NCBI GenBank assembly: GCA_016215705.1
Contig: JACRIR010000004.1
Span: 1-52,740, forward strand
Length of the DNA: 52,740 nucleotides
Origin: Candidatus Poribacteria bacterium
GTDB lineage: Bacteria > Abyssobacteria > SURF-5
Direction: 5' to 3'
The notes under the pieces are model-generated. The model ran no database searches. It was not told the DNA's origin and was given only the letters and a program-made list of their open reading frames with translations. Shown piece by piece: positions 18,483 through 27,376 of this stretch; within the stretch, counting starts at the first letter, position 1, and each line of letters opens with the position of its first letter. Made by a program: the position numbers and the translations under genes.

Positions 18483-19538
18483 TCAATCCCTGAAGGAGAC
18501 AACGACCTTTATCTCCTGATCGGATCGTTGCAGTTTCTGAAACATGGCGGGCGCATCCTCGAGCGGTATCGTGCTCGTGATCATGCGCTCCGGCGCGCTT
18601 GAGTCACGTTCCAGCATTTCAACGGCATCCACGATGTCAGGGTCAACATACCCGAAGCCGGCTTGTACGTCTATCTCTTTCAGAATCCATAACATGGGAA
18701 TTGCAGTGACGGGCTGCATAAAGATACCGAAGAGCACCACCTGGCCGCCGCGCTTTACATATATGGTGGCCTCTTGCATCGTGTCTTCCTTGCCCGCACA
18801 CTCGAATACGATGTCCGGGCCGAGCCCGGTAATCTTCTGCAGTTCTGAAAGCATTTCACACGCGGTCGGGTCGAGAGTCTCATCGGCGCCGAACAGGATT
18901 GCCATCTCGCGCCTGATTCTTGATGGGTCTGAAGCGATCACCTTTGAGGCTCCCGCAAGCTTCGCGGCGCGAATAACAAAAAGCCCGATCGGGCCCACTC
19001 CCATTATGAGAACCGTGGCGCCCCGCTTGAAACGGCCCAATTTCCACGCATGAATAGCGTTTGCAAGCGGATTCCACAAGACGGCGCGTTCGGGCGCCAG
19101 GCTGTCGGGGAGGCGCATCAGCATGTCCGGTGTGGCGAGCATGTAGTCGGCGTAGCCGCCGCCCATTTCGCCTGCTTTTTCGTCGCAAAGATGCGTTTGC
19201 CCCATTCTGCAATAGGCGCATTTGCCGCAAATACGCCTTGTTTTGACGAGGACCTTGTCGCCTTCATGCCAACCGCCGGCGCCTCTGCCGATCTCGGCGA
19301 CCCTCCCGATAAGCTCGTGGCCCAGAATGCTCCCCGGCTCAGCCATTCCGTGTTTGACCATGCTCACATCAGAGCCGCAGATACCGCTAAGTTCCGCGCG
19401 AATCAGAATTTGTCCTGCCCCGGCCGTTGGCCTTGGCAAATCCTGTATCTCGAGCGTGTTTGCATCCTTGTAAATGAGCGCTTTCATCTCCTGGGTCCTC
19501 CGTGGAAGTTCTTGCGCATGATGCTCTTCATCAGGCAT
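18483..19538 (-). CDS. Zinc-dependent alcohol / polyol dehydrogenase (MDR family)
   Basis: Motifs GHELIGRV...GDKV, Cys-rich structural zinc site (CGKCAYCRMGQTHLC) and GVGPIGL NAD fold. Confidence 0.8.
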   Translation of the reverse strand: MPDEEHHAQELPRRTQEMKALIYKDANTLEIQDLPRPTAGAGQILIRAELSGICGSDVSMVKHGMAEPGSILGHELIGRVAEIGRGAGGWHEGDKVLVKTRRICGKCAYCRMGQTHLCDEKAGEMGGGYADYMLATPDMLMRLPDSLAPERAVLWNPLANAIHAWKLGRFKRGATVLIMGVGPIGLFVIRAAKLAGASKVIASDPSRIRREMAILFGADETLDPTACEMLSELQKITGLGPDIVFECAGKEDTMQEATIYVKRGGQVVLFGIFMQPVTAIPMLWILKEIDVQAGFGYVDPDIVDAVEMLERDSSAPERMITSTIPLEDAPAMFQKLQRSDQEIKVVVSFRD

Positions 19539-19722
19539 GACCGGCCTGGTTGGCAGAAGACACCCCGAACATATCCGCCCGACCGGCGCGGGAAACCTTT
19601 TACCATTAACACTGTGCAGAAGTCAAGGCTTTGTCCTTTCGAATGAGTGAACCAACTTGTCCTCATCGGCATGTTCATTGCGTCTCCTGCCCATCAGTCC
19701 CGAAATTTCAGTATTTTGCCTA

Positions 19723-19751
19723 TTGACAGGAACCGGTTTGTATACTATAAT
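19723..19751 (+). promoter_or_regulatory. Consensus sigma-70 promoter (TTGACA-17 bp-TATAAT) reading into the gvp locus
   Basis: TTGACA at 19723-19728, an exact 17-bp spacer, and TATAAT at 19746-19751. Confidence 0.55.
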
Positions 19752-19975
19752 TATATGTATTGCTGGTAAGTGAAACAAGGGCCCGGCATGGAACAGCGCC
19801 CTCGGCTGCGTTTGATGTACTGAACCTGAATCCGTCAGAACCTTATGCGAAACTATACCGGAGGCGGATATACTACTGTGCCGTGTCCTCCTGCTGTAAG
19901 CGCGCAGCAAGCACAGATGCAGTTTATACCGAACCAAATTATTCGGCTTTCGCAGTCCGGTCATATCGCTTCGGG

Positions 19976-20617
19976 ATGAGAACGCTGCTCTATATTCCCA
20001 TTATTCACACCAGCGCCGACATGGGCTCGCTGGCTGACCCGGTTCGAAGAATCACCGTTGAAAGACTTGGGTGGAGAAGGTGGAAAAATAATGCCGAGGC
20101 AATTGATCAGTTGTGGCAACTGATTCGAGGGGAAATCGAGAATCTGGACCTGCCTTACTCAAAGGTGCGCCTCTATCAGGACGGACTCCCCGTTTGCGGG
20201 CGCGAGGTCGCCATCGTAGACGATTTGGCCAGGGCGGAAAGCCCTAATCACAAACTTCTCTTTTATCTGATGGGGCGGGGGGCAACCCTGATGGGAACAG
20301 AATCGCCCGATCTTCTGATGGAGGAGTATTCTCTGCTTCAAAGGGTCGTGGCCTCCCGGGGGTTGGCGGGCGCCGCCAGGATCGAACAACAGCAAAAAGC
20401 GTTACGACAAAGCTTGTTGGAGCGGCGGGACCGATTCATTGCGGCTCGAATCAATGAGACTCTCGGCGATGGGGAAACAGGGGTCATTTTTCTGGGTATG
20501 CTTCACTCGCCTCAGCGTTGGCTCGAGCCGGATATCAAGGTTCTCTATCCGGTTTCGACAATCGCCTCGCTCAACAAACAAGGGGCCCGCAAGCCCGAAG
20601 GGAAGAAGGCGCAATAG
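19976..20617 (+). CDS. Hypothetical protein, first gene of the gvp regulatory block
   Basis: First in-frame ATG (MRTLLYIPII...). The ORF-track TTG at 19760 coincides with the predicted transcription start, so I reject it. No recognisable domain. Confidence 0.35.
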   Translation: MRTLLYIPIIHTSADMGSLADPVRRITVERLGWRRWKNNAEAIDQLWQLIRGEIENLDLPYSKVRLYQDGLPVCGREVAIVDDLARAESPNHKLLFYLMGRGATLMGTESPDLLMEEYSLLQRVVASRGLAGAARIEQQQKALRQSLLERRDRFIAARINETLGDGETGVIFLGMLHSPQRWLEPDIKVLYPVSTIASLNKQGARKPEGKKAQ

Positions 20618-22071
20618 TGGCACGTCCCAAGGTTCTGATAGTGGATGACCAGCAGGATATGCGCTGGACAATTCGGATGATTGTTGAGAAGGCGGAGATG
20701 GATGCCATGGAGGCAACCGACGGCGATACTGCCCTCCGGATGATCCGGTCCTCATCGCCTGACGTTGTTCTGCTGGATATCCGGATTCCCGGCATTGACG
20801 GCTATGAGGTGCTGCGCTGCGCAAAGGCGCTGAACAGTAGCCTGCCGATCATCATGATCACCGGATTCGGTGGCATTAGAGACGCCGTCCAAACGCTGAA
20901 GGCCGGCGCATGTGACTACCTGCACAAACCCTTCCAAAATGACGAGCTTGTTCTGACAATCCGCAGGGCGCTGAATGGAAACCGTCTCAAACGAGACGGC
21001 GGATATAATGGAGGCTGCAAAGAAGCGCATCTATCCCTTCACGAACAAATGGGCTACAGCGCCAGAATTCAGTCCCTGGCTTCAGAAGTGACACGCGTTG
21101 CTTCCACAGATTTTTCTGTCCTCATCGTCGGGGAAACCGGAGTGGGTAAGGAAGTCGTCGCCCAGGCGCTCCATGCCCAAAGTCGTCGACACTCCGGCAT
21201 GCTTGTTGCTATGGATTGCGGAGCAATCCCGGACACACTGATCGAAAGCGAACTGTTCGGCCACGAGAAGGGGGCATTCACAGGCGCCGACCGCGTAAAG
21301 CAGGGGAAGTTCGAGGTGGCCGCGGGTGGGACCCTGTTCTTCGACGAGATATCTAATCTCTCGCTGACGTTACAGACAAAATTGCTCCGAGTGCTACAGG
21401 AAAGGCAGTTTTATCGGGTCGGCGGCAACATGGCTATCAGGGCGGATGTCCGTATTGTGACAGCGACAAACCGAGACCTCTCCTCCCCGTCTGAGGAGTC
21501 CTCGTTCCGCAGCGACCTCTATTATCGCCTCGCTGAATACGTCATCCATGTTCCGCCCCTGCGTGACCGCAAGGAGGACATCACATTTCTCGCAAACCGC
21601 TTCTTGAAGATCACAAATCTCGAGATTGGCAAGCGTGTCAGCGAAATATCGGAACCAGCGATGGAATTGCTCGCAGGATATGATTGGCCGGGTAACGTTC
21701 GGGAGCTTCGAAACGTTGTGCGGCGGGCTGTATTATTGGCGAGCGATGTCATAGTCCCTCAGCATTTGGGTCCACTTAGACTGATGGGCACGAATGTCCT
21801 CCCATCGACACTATCGGTCGAATTCGTGAACACGGACAGAATGTCCTTCAAAGAAATCATGCGCCACAATGCCATGGACGTCGAAAGAGCTTTACTCCGC
21901 CGGGTGCTGGAACGCACTAAGGGGAACAAGGCTGAGGCCGCACGCATTCTCAAGATAGACTACAAGACCATTCATACAAGAATAAAGAAATATGCGATTT
22001 CGGTGAAGGGAGACAATCATGACAATGAGGAAAAGCAGTTCCGATGCCGGCAAGGGAGCGAGGTCCTCTGA
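20617..22071 (+). CDS. Sigma-54-dependent response regulator (NtrC family): receiver + AAA+ + HTH; GvrA-like
   Basis: GTG start with a TAGTG overlap and SD GAAGGGAAGAAGG. The receiver has VLIVDDQ...D. The AAA+ domain has GETGVGKE and the GAFTGA motif (ELFGHEKGAFTGA). A C-terminal Fis-type HTH is present. Confidence 0.85.
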   Translation: MARPKVLIVDDQQDMRWTIRMIVEKAEMDAMEATDGDTALRMIRSSSPDVVLLDIRIPGIDGYEVLRCAKALNSSLPIIMITGFGGIRDAVQTLKAGACDYLHKPFQNDELVLTIRRALNGNRLKRDGGYNGGCKEAHLSLHEQMGYSARIQSLASEVTRVASTDFSVLIVGETGVGKEVVAQALHAQSRRHSGMLVAMDCGAIPDTLIESELFGHEKGAFTGADRVKQGKFEVAAGGTLFFDEISNLSLTLQTKLLRVLQERQFYRVGGNMAIRADVRIVTATNRDLSSPSEESSFRSDLYYRLAEYVIHVPPLRDRKEDITFLANRFLKITNLEIGKRVSEISEPAMELLAGYDWPGNVRELRNVVRRAVLLASDVIVPQHLGPLRLMGTNVLPSTLSVEFVNTDRMSFKEIMRHNAMDVERALLRRVLERTKGNKAEAARILKIDYKTIHTRIKKYAISVKGDNHDNEEKQFRCRQGSEVL

Positions 22072-22552
22072 GGGTGGCATGGGGGGACTCTTCAAAGGTT
22101 TGTCCGATTTATTGGAGAAGCTGGGAGACCTTGCTGACAAAGGACAAGAACTGCAGAAAACGGGGGAATTCCGGAAGGCGGTTGGGGCGAACGACATCAA
22201 AGGTGTCTATGGCTTCAGTGTCAAAGTGGGCCTTGGCGGCGAAGGAGTGAAGGTTGAACCCTTTGGCAATATCCACAAGGACGAAGCTTCCGGTGAGACC
22301 ATCGTGCAAGAAGTGCGTGAGCCGATAGTTGACGTTTTCGAGGAAAAAACACATGTGCTGGTCGTGGCCGAGATGCCCGGCATAGGTACTGATAACCTCC
22401 AGTTGGACCTGAAGGACGATATATTGACCATCTCGGCAAATAGGGAAGATCGGAAATATCGCAAAGAAGTGCTGCTTCCCGGAACCTTCACCCGCGACAA
22501 AATGACGGTCGCTTGTCATAACGGCGTCGTAGAGATCAGATTACGCAAGTAG
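22019..22552 (+). CDS. Hsp20 / alpha-crystallin family protein (GvpH-like)
   Basis: The C-terminal alpha-crystallin domain is VDVFEEKTHVLVVAEMPGIGTDNLQLDLKDDILTISANRE...GVVEIRL. SD GAAGGGA is present. Confidence 0.75.
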   Translation: MTMRKSSSDAGKGARSSEGGMGGLFKGLSDLLEKLGDLADKGQELQKTGEFRKAVGANDIKGVYGFSVKVGLGGEGVKVEPFGNIHKDEASGETIVQEVREPIVDVFEEKTHVLVVAEMPGIGTDNLQLDLKDDILTISANREDRKYRKEVLLPGTFTRDKMTVACHNGVVEIRLRK

Positions 22553-22563
22553 GGGGTTAAGAA

Positions 22564-24708
22564 ATGGCCACGAGCGACGGCGCAACGCTCAAGCTCAGGG
22601 TGACGGAAGCCCTCAGCAAAGACGTGGGGCGGGCATTCGTCCGGATGGACCCGCAGGACCTTGAGAAATTGCATGCGCAAATCGGCGACATAGTGGAAGT
22701 CAGCGGCAAGCGACAGACGGTTGGAAAGGCGATGCCTGCGTACAAGGAGCAGCGAGGTCAGTCCCGGATCCAAATGGACGGGCTCGCGCGGGAGAATGCC
22801 GGCGTCGGCCTGGACGAACACGTGCGGGTTCGAAAGGCCGAGACGCGGAACGCCACTCGCGTCCAGCTTGCTCCCACAACCGTAACTCCGGGAAACCGGG
22901 ACCTGAAATACATTGGGGCGCTTCTCGACGGCTTGCCTGTCGTTGAGGGTGACCGGATTCGGGCTGCGCTGTTCGGCAGCCGATGGGCCGATTTTGTCGT
23001 TGAAAGCGCCACGCCCAAGGGGACGGTGCTCATTACTCCTTCGACACAACTCGTCATAGGCAAGGCAGCCGAAGAAGCCAGGACGGGAACGATTTCTTAT
23101 GAAGATGTCGGGGGACTCAAACCTCAACTCCAACGTATACGCGAGATGATCGAACTGCCTCTTCGGTACCCAGCCGTATTCCAGCGCCTCGGCATCGACG
23201 CCCCTAAGGGAGTTCTTCTTTATGGCCCTCCCGGTTGTGGCAAAACGCTTATTGCCCGCGCCATTGCGCACGAAACGGAAGCCGACTTCTTCTCGGTCAG
23301 TGGTCCCGAAATTATTCACAAATTCTACGGCGAAAGCGAAGCGCATCTCCGGAAGATTTTCGAGGAAGCCGCCCGCAAAGGGCCAAGTATTATTTTTCTC
23401 GACGAGATCGACGCCATTGCTCCTCAGAGAGAGAAAGTCGTTGGGGACGTGGAGAAAAGAGTGGTCGCCACCCTCCTGGCGCTGATGGACGGTCTTAATA
23501 AACGGCAAAACGTAATTGTCATTGCTGCAACAAACATACCTCAAATGCTCGACCCTGCGTTGCGCCGCCCCGGCCGGTTCGACCGCGAAATATCTATTCC
23601 GATACCCGATCGAAATGGACGTCGGCAAATATTGGAGATTCACAGCCGTGGGATGCCGCTGGCCGACGATATTCGACTTGATCATCTCGCCGAGATCACG
23701 CACGGCTTTGTTGGAGCCGACTTGGAGGCGTTGTGCCGCGAAGCGGCCATGATCCGCCTGCGTCACATCATCCCCGACATTGATTTTGCCATGACCAGTA
23801 TTCCCTATGATCTGTTGGCGAAGCTTGAAGTGAAGATGGAGGACTTTCTTGAAGCTTTGCGCGAAGTCGAGCCGTCAGCGATAAGGGAGGTATTTGTCGA
23901 AGTCCCGGATGTACGCTGGCAACACCTTGGCGGTCTTAGCGAGGTAAAGGCCCGGCTGATCGAGGCTGTCCAGTGGCCACTAAAATATCCGCAACTTTTC
24001 GAGAGCGCGGGGATCAAGCCTCCAAAGGGCATCCTTCTATCGGGACCACCGGGATGTGGCAAAACCATGCTGGCCAAAGCCCTTGCCACTGAGAGCGCTG
24101 TGAATTTTATTTCAGTAAAGGGCCCCTCGCTTCTCTCCAAATGGGTGGGGGAGTCGGAGAAAGGGGTACGCGAGGTTTTCCATAAAGCCAGGCAGGCGGC
24201 GCCGTGCATTGTTTTCTTCGACGAAATCGACTCTTTGATTCCTGCCCGTGGCGGTCTCTCCTCGGATTCACACGTCTCCGAGCGGGTCCTCAGCCAGTTT
24301 CTGGCCGAACTCGACGGCATCGAGGAACTCAAGGGAGTTCTGGTGCTAGGCGCCACCAATCGAGCAGATTTGCTGGACTATGCCGTCCTCCGGCCGGGAC
24401 GCTTTGACGAGGTTGTGGAGATTCCCCTGCCTGACGAAAAAGAGCGTTGCGAGATATTTGAGGTGCATTTGCGTGGCAAACCGTTAGACGCGGAGGTCGA
24501 CGCAAAACAGTTGGCAGCCATGACCGATGGACTCAGCGGCGCAGATATTTTCGGCATTTGCCATAAGGCCGCATTGGAGGCCGTGCGAAGGGCCGTGGCA
24601 AAAATCGGCGACAGCGGAAAGAACCAGGAAAACATCGGCGTGCTTATTACAAAGGATGACCTGCTCCAGGCCGCGACGCGAGAGGCGAGGACAACAACGA
24701 ATCGCTGA
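22564..24708 (+). CDS. CDC48/VAT-like AAA+ ATPase (N-domain + D1 + D2)
   Basis: N-terminal double-psi-barrel-like region, then two Walker A sites (GPPGCGKTLIARA and GPPGCGKTMLAKA), each with the SRH region. 714 aa. SD AGGGGG is present. Confidence 0.85.
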   Translation: MATSDGATLKLRVTEALSKDVGRAFVRMDPQDLEKLHAQIGDIVEVSGKRQTVGKAMPAYKEQRGQSRIQMDGLARENAGVGLDEHVRVRKAETRNATRVQLAPTTVTPGNRDLKYIGALLDGLPVVEGDRIRAALFGSRWADFVVESATPKGTVLITPSTQLVIGKAAEEARTGTISYEDVGGLKPQLQRIREMIELPLRYPAVFQRLGIDAPKGVLLYGPPGCGKTLIARAIAHETEADFFSVSGPEIIHKFYGESEAHLRKIFEEAARKGPSIIFLDEIDAIAPQREKVVGDVEKRVVATLLALMDGLNKRQNVIVIAATNIPQMLDPALRRPGRFDREISIPIPDRNGRRQILEIHSRGMPLADDIRLDHLAEITHGFVGADLEALCREAAMIRLRHIIPDIDFAMTSIPYDLLAKLEVKMEDFLEALREVEPSAIREVFVEVPDVRWQHLGGLSEVKARLIEAVQWPLKYPQLFESAGIKPPKGILLSGPPGCGKTMLAKALATESAVNFISVKGPSLLSKWVGESEKGVREVFHKARQAAPCIVFFDEIDSLIPARGGLSSDSHVSERVLSQFLAELDGIEELKGVLVLGATNRADLLDYAVLRPGRFDEVVEIPLPDEKERCEIFEVHLRGKPLDAEVDAKQLAAMTDGLSGADIFGICHKAALEAVRRAVAKIGDSGKNQENIGVLITKDDLLQAATREARTTTNR

Positions 24709-24740
24709 CCAAACAAGAGTTTTCCTGCGGGTTTCTGAAT

Positions 24741-25283
24741 ATGCCGAGATCTATTCCTCCAAAGACTATGTCGAACGTGCGCCGGCAAGCGCGCAGCCGT
24801 GACCGTTCCAGGTCGCGGCCTGGCGGCGGCCTGTATCTGAAACTCGGTGGATGTGGTTCACAGGTTTCCCGACATCGGCCTCCCACCGAGACGAAATTCA
24901 GCGCTTCGGTTTTCCGGAAGCCCCGCAGTTGGCGATTCCAAATAAAGCCGCTGTTCAAGAGGATAAGAGGACTGGGGATCGATGTCTTTCATGAGGCCGA
25001 GGAAGTGCTCATCGTCATCGACCTAGGAGGGTTCCGCCGCGGCGATGTTTCGTTGAGTATGACTCCGGAGAAATACTCGGTATATGCGAGACAAGGCGAT
25101 GAGGAGTTTAGGGAAGAAATCGTTTTGCCGCCCGACGTGGATGTCGAGCGGTCCGTGGAGAACCTGAGAAACGGAGTCCTCGAGATTCTGCTCCCAAGGA
25201 AAAAGGGAGATACACAGGAGGTGAAATCTCATGAAGACCTGCCAGCAAGGAAGAAGCCAGACAATACTAATCGTAGAAGATGA
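24741..25283 (+). CDS. Second Hsp20-like (GvpH-like) protein; the N-terminus is uncertain and may be frameshifted
   Basis: The C-terminal half (IDVFHEAEEVLIVIDLGG...VLEILLPRK) is paralogous to the alpha-crystallin domain of 22019-22552. The N-terminal 75 aa is Arg-rich low complexity with no SD. Confidence 0.45.
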   Translation: MPRSIPPKTMSNVRRQARSRDRSRSRPGGGLYLKLGGCGSQVSRHRPPTETKFSASVFRKPRSWRFQIKPLFKRIRGLGIDVFHEAEEVLIVIDLGGFRRGDVSLSMTPEKYSVYARQGDEEFREEIVLPPDVDVERSVENLRNGVLEILLPRKKGDTQEVKSHEDLPARKKPDNTNRRR

Positions 25284-25650
25284 TAAGAATGTGTATGACA
25301 CTCTTTCACAACTGCTTCGCGGCGAGGGCTACCGAACAGTCTGGGCTGAGAGTGGCGGCCAAGCGATTAAGACAATGGCGTCTGTCGCCCCTGCCCTAAT
25401 AGTCCTTGACTTGATGTTGCCCGACCGTCACGGTATCGAGGTGTTGGGCCAGATCAAGTCTATGACAAGAGACGTGCCAGTCATCATTCTGACCGGCTTT
25501 GGCTCAACGGATACGGTTCGAAGCGCCATGGAGATGGGAGCTTTTGATTACCTTACGAAGCCTTCCGATCTGAGTGAGTTTTGTGGAGTAGTTCGGGCAG
25601 CCCTCGAATCTGAACGCAGGTGTGGAGCCGCTTCACCGGCGGCGCAATAG
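25231..25650 (+). CDS. Stand-alone CheY-like receiver protein
   Basis: ILIVEDD...D(LIVLDLMLPD)...K motifs, SD GGAGG. Confidence 0.75.
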   Translation: MKTCQQGRSQTILIVEDDKNVYDTLSQLLRGEGYRTVWAESGGQAIKTMASVAPALIVLDLMLPDRHGIEVLGQIKSMTRDVPVIILTGFGSTDTVRSAMEMGAFDYLTKPSDLSEFCGVVRAALESERRCGAASPAAQ

Positions 25651-25664
25651 TCAAGGAGTGCACA

Positions 25665-26513
25665 ATGACCGACAACGGCCACAATCCGGAGGCCGGACGC
25701 GATCACGCCGAGGGCATCTATTTGTTCTGTTTTGCGCGTCAAAATGCAGCACAGGCTGTTGGGCTTCGCGGTCCGGATGACCGGAGTCCCGTGTCACAGC
25801 GGCAATTCAAAGATATCGTGGCGGTGCTGAGTAAGGTTCCTCTCGGCGAGTGGATCGGCCCTTCCTCAGAAGCAAACCTGCAAGACCTGAGTTGGGTGGG
25901 GCCTCGAGCTTGTCGACATCAAGAAATAATTGAACAGGCAATGCGATATTCCTCAGTCTTGCCGGCAAGATTCGGGACCATTTTTTCTTCCTCAGAACGA
26001 CTAGAGGATACGTTCTGCTCTCACTATGACTCGATATCCGAATTCCTCGATTATGCGGCCGATAAGGAAGAGTGGGCGCTTAAGGGCCTGTTGGATACAG
26101 CGAAGGCCGAGGATCACCTGCTTGCCCGTGGCTCTCGATCCACAAATCTCCCGCCATCTTCGGGGGCACGATATATGATGGAGAAGCAGCTTCGGATCGA
26201 GGCCAAGAGGAAAATGAAGACGTGGGCAAAAACACTAAGCGATACTATTGTCGAGGAACTTCAGCCTCTTGCGGTGGAATCACGCGCCTTGAAGACTTTG
26301 TCACGGTATGCATCGGGAAGAGAATTGGATGTGGCCTTCAACTGGGCCTTTCTCTTGACATGTGAGGGCCGAGATGGTTTCCTCTCAAGCGTAGAACGTC
26401 TCAACGATGACTACTCCCGGCATGGACTCGAACTCGAAATATCGGGGCCGTGGCCACCCTATAGTTTCTGCCCCTCCCTTTCGCATGACAAGGAACCCGA
26501 AAAGATCGAGTGA
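25665..26513 (+). CDS. gvpF: Gas vesicle protein GvpF/L family (paralog 1)
   Basis: The N-terminal YLFCFAR block and overall pattern match the two other paralogs at 26556 and 32180 and the GvpF/L family. SD AAGGAG is present; the ORF track start is 25620. Confidence 0.65.
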   Translation: MTDNGHNPEAGRDHAEGIYLFCFARQNAAQAVGLRGPDDRSPVSQRQFKDIVAVLSKVPLGEWIGPSSEANLQDLSWVGPRACRHQEIIEQAMRYSSVLPARFGTIFSSSERLEDTFCSHYDSISEFLDYAADKEEWALKGLLDTAKAEDHLLARGSRSTNLPPSSGARYMMEKQLRIEAKRKMKTWAKTLSDTIVEELQPLAVESRALKTLSRYASGRELDVAFNWAFLLTCEGRDGFLSSVERLNDDYSRHGLELEISGPWPPYSFCPSLSHDKEPEKIE

Positions 26514-26555
26514 CCACTCAGCGAGTGGCGGAGGATTTGGCGAGGGAGGGATCAA

Positions 26556-27362
26556 ATGAACGGGCCTTTCCTTGTTTATGGAGTCATCCCGACTAAACCG
26601 CTCGCACCCCCTGTGCCCTCCGCAGGAGTTGAAGGGCTTCCAGTCGAGTTGATCGAGAATGATGGGATAGGGGCAGCGGTCTCGCGTATTCATGCTATTG
26701 ACCCTGCTTTGTTGACGCCTGAGATTGGCCGTGTTCTGGCCTATGAAAAGGTAATCGAAGCATTGCACCGACTGAGCGCAGTCTTGCCTATGCGCTATGG
26801 GTGCGTTATGAAGAGTGAATCTCACGTCACCGAATTCCTCAGCAAACGCGGCCAGGACTATCAATACGCCTTGACGCATCTGGAGGGGTGCTCCGAGTAT
26901 GCGATCCGAATCCTGCTGCCACGCGGGAGCCACGAACCGCCAAACGGTGGACGGAGTATCGAAAATAGGGATCGAGCCCCCTGTCCGCCAGAGTCTCACT
27001 CCGGCAGGATGTATCTGAAAAACCGAAAGGAATACTATGCCCTGAAGGATCAATCTGCCGAGGAGGAGACTGAAGCGGTCGAGCGCTGCCGGGCCGCTTT
27101 TGCGCAGATGTACGTCGAGTGGAGGTCGGAATATTCGCCGGTTTGCCCGGCAGAGATAGCTCGCAAGCGGGTGAGCGGAGAATCCCGTAGATTTCGTGTT
27201 TCACCTGCGGCAGGAACGTCCCTGGTATCACTATATTTCTTGGTAGCAAGGGAAATGGAACAGTCCTTCATAGAACGCTTCAGGCGGCTGTGCGACACGA
27301 AATCCGCAAAGATGCTCATGACGGGTCCCTGGCCCCCATATAACTTTGTTCCACGCATGTAG
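26556..27362 (+). CDS. gvpL: Gas vesicle protein GvpF/L family (paralog 2)
   Basis: FLVYGVIP...RIHAID...VLPMRYG pattern, SD GAGGGAGGG. Confidence 0.65.
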   Translation: MNGPFLVYGVIPTKPLAPPVPSAGVEGLPVELIENDGIGAAVSRIHAIDPALLTPEIGRVLAYEKVIEALHRLSAVLPMRYGCVMKSESHVTEFLSKRGQDYQYALTHLEGCSEYAIRILLPRGSHEPPNGGRSIENRDRAPCPPESHSGRMYLKNRKEYYALKDQSAEEETEAVERCRAAFAQMYVEWRSEYSPVCPAEIARKRVSGESRRFRVSPAAGTSLVSLYFLVAREMEQSFIERFRRLCDTKSAKMLMTGPWPPYNFVPRM

Positions 27363-27376
27363 TCCGGAGACAGGAA

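Noticed and set aside
19760-19975. ORF-track start (TTG) at 19760 for the first gvp-locus gene
   Set aside because: It coincides with the predicted +1 of the consensus sigma-70 promoter and has no SD. The first ATG is at 19976.
20611-20627. TGGCAC hexamer considered as a sigma-54 -24 element
   Set aside because: There is no GC dinucleotide at the required -12 spacing (TGGCACGTCCCAAGGTT), and the hexamer lies inside the activator start region.
22516-23766. 416-aa ORF on the minus strand
   Set aside because: It lies entirely antisense to the well-supported CDC48-like gene and has no domain or motif. It is a typical high-GC antisense open frame.
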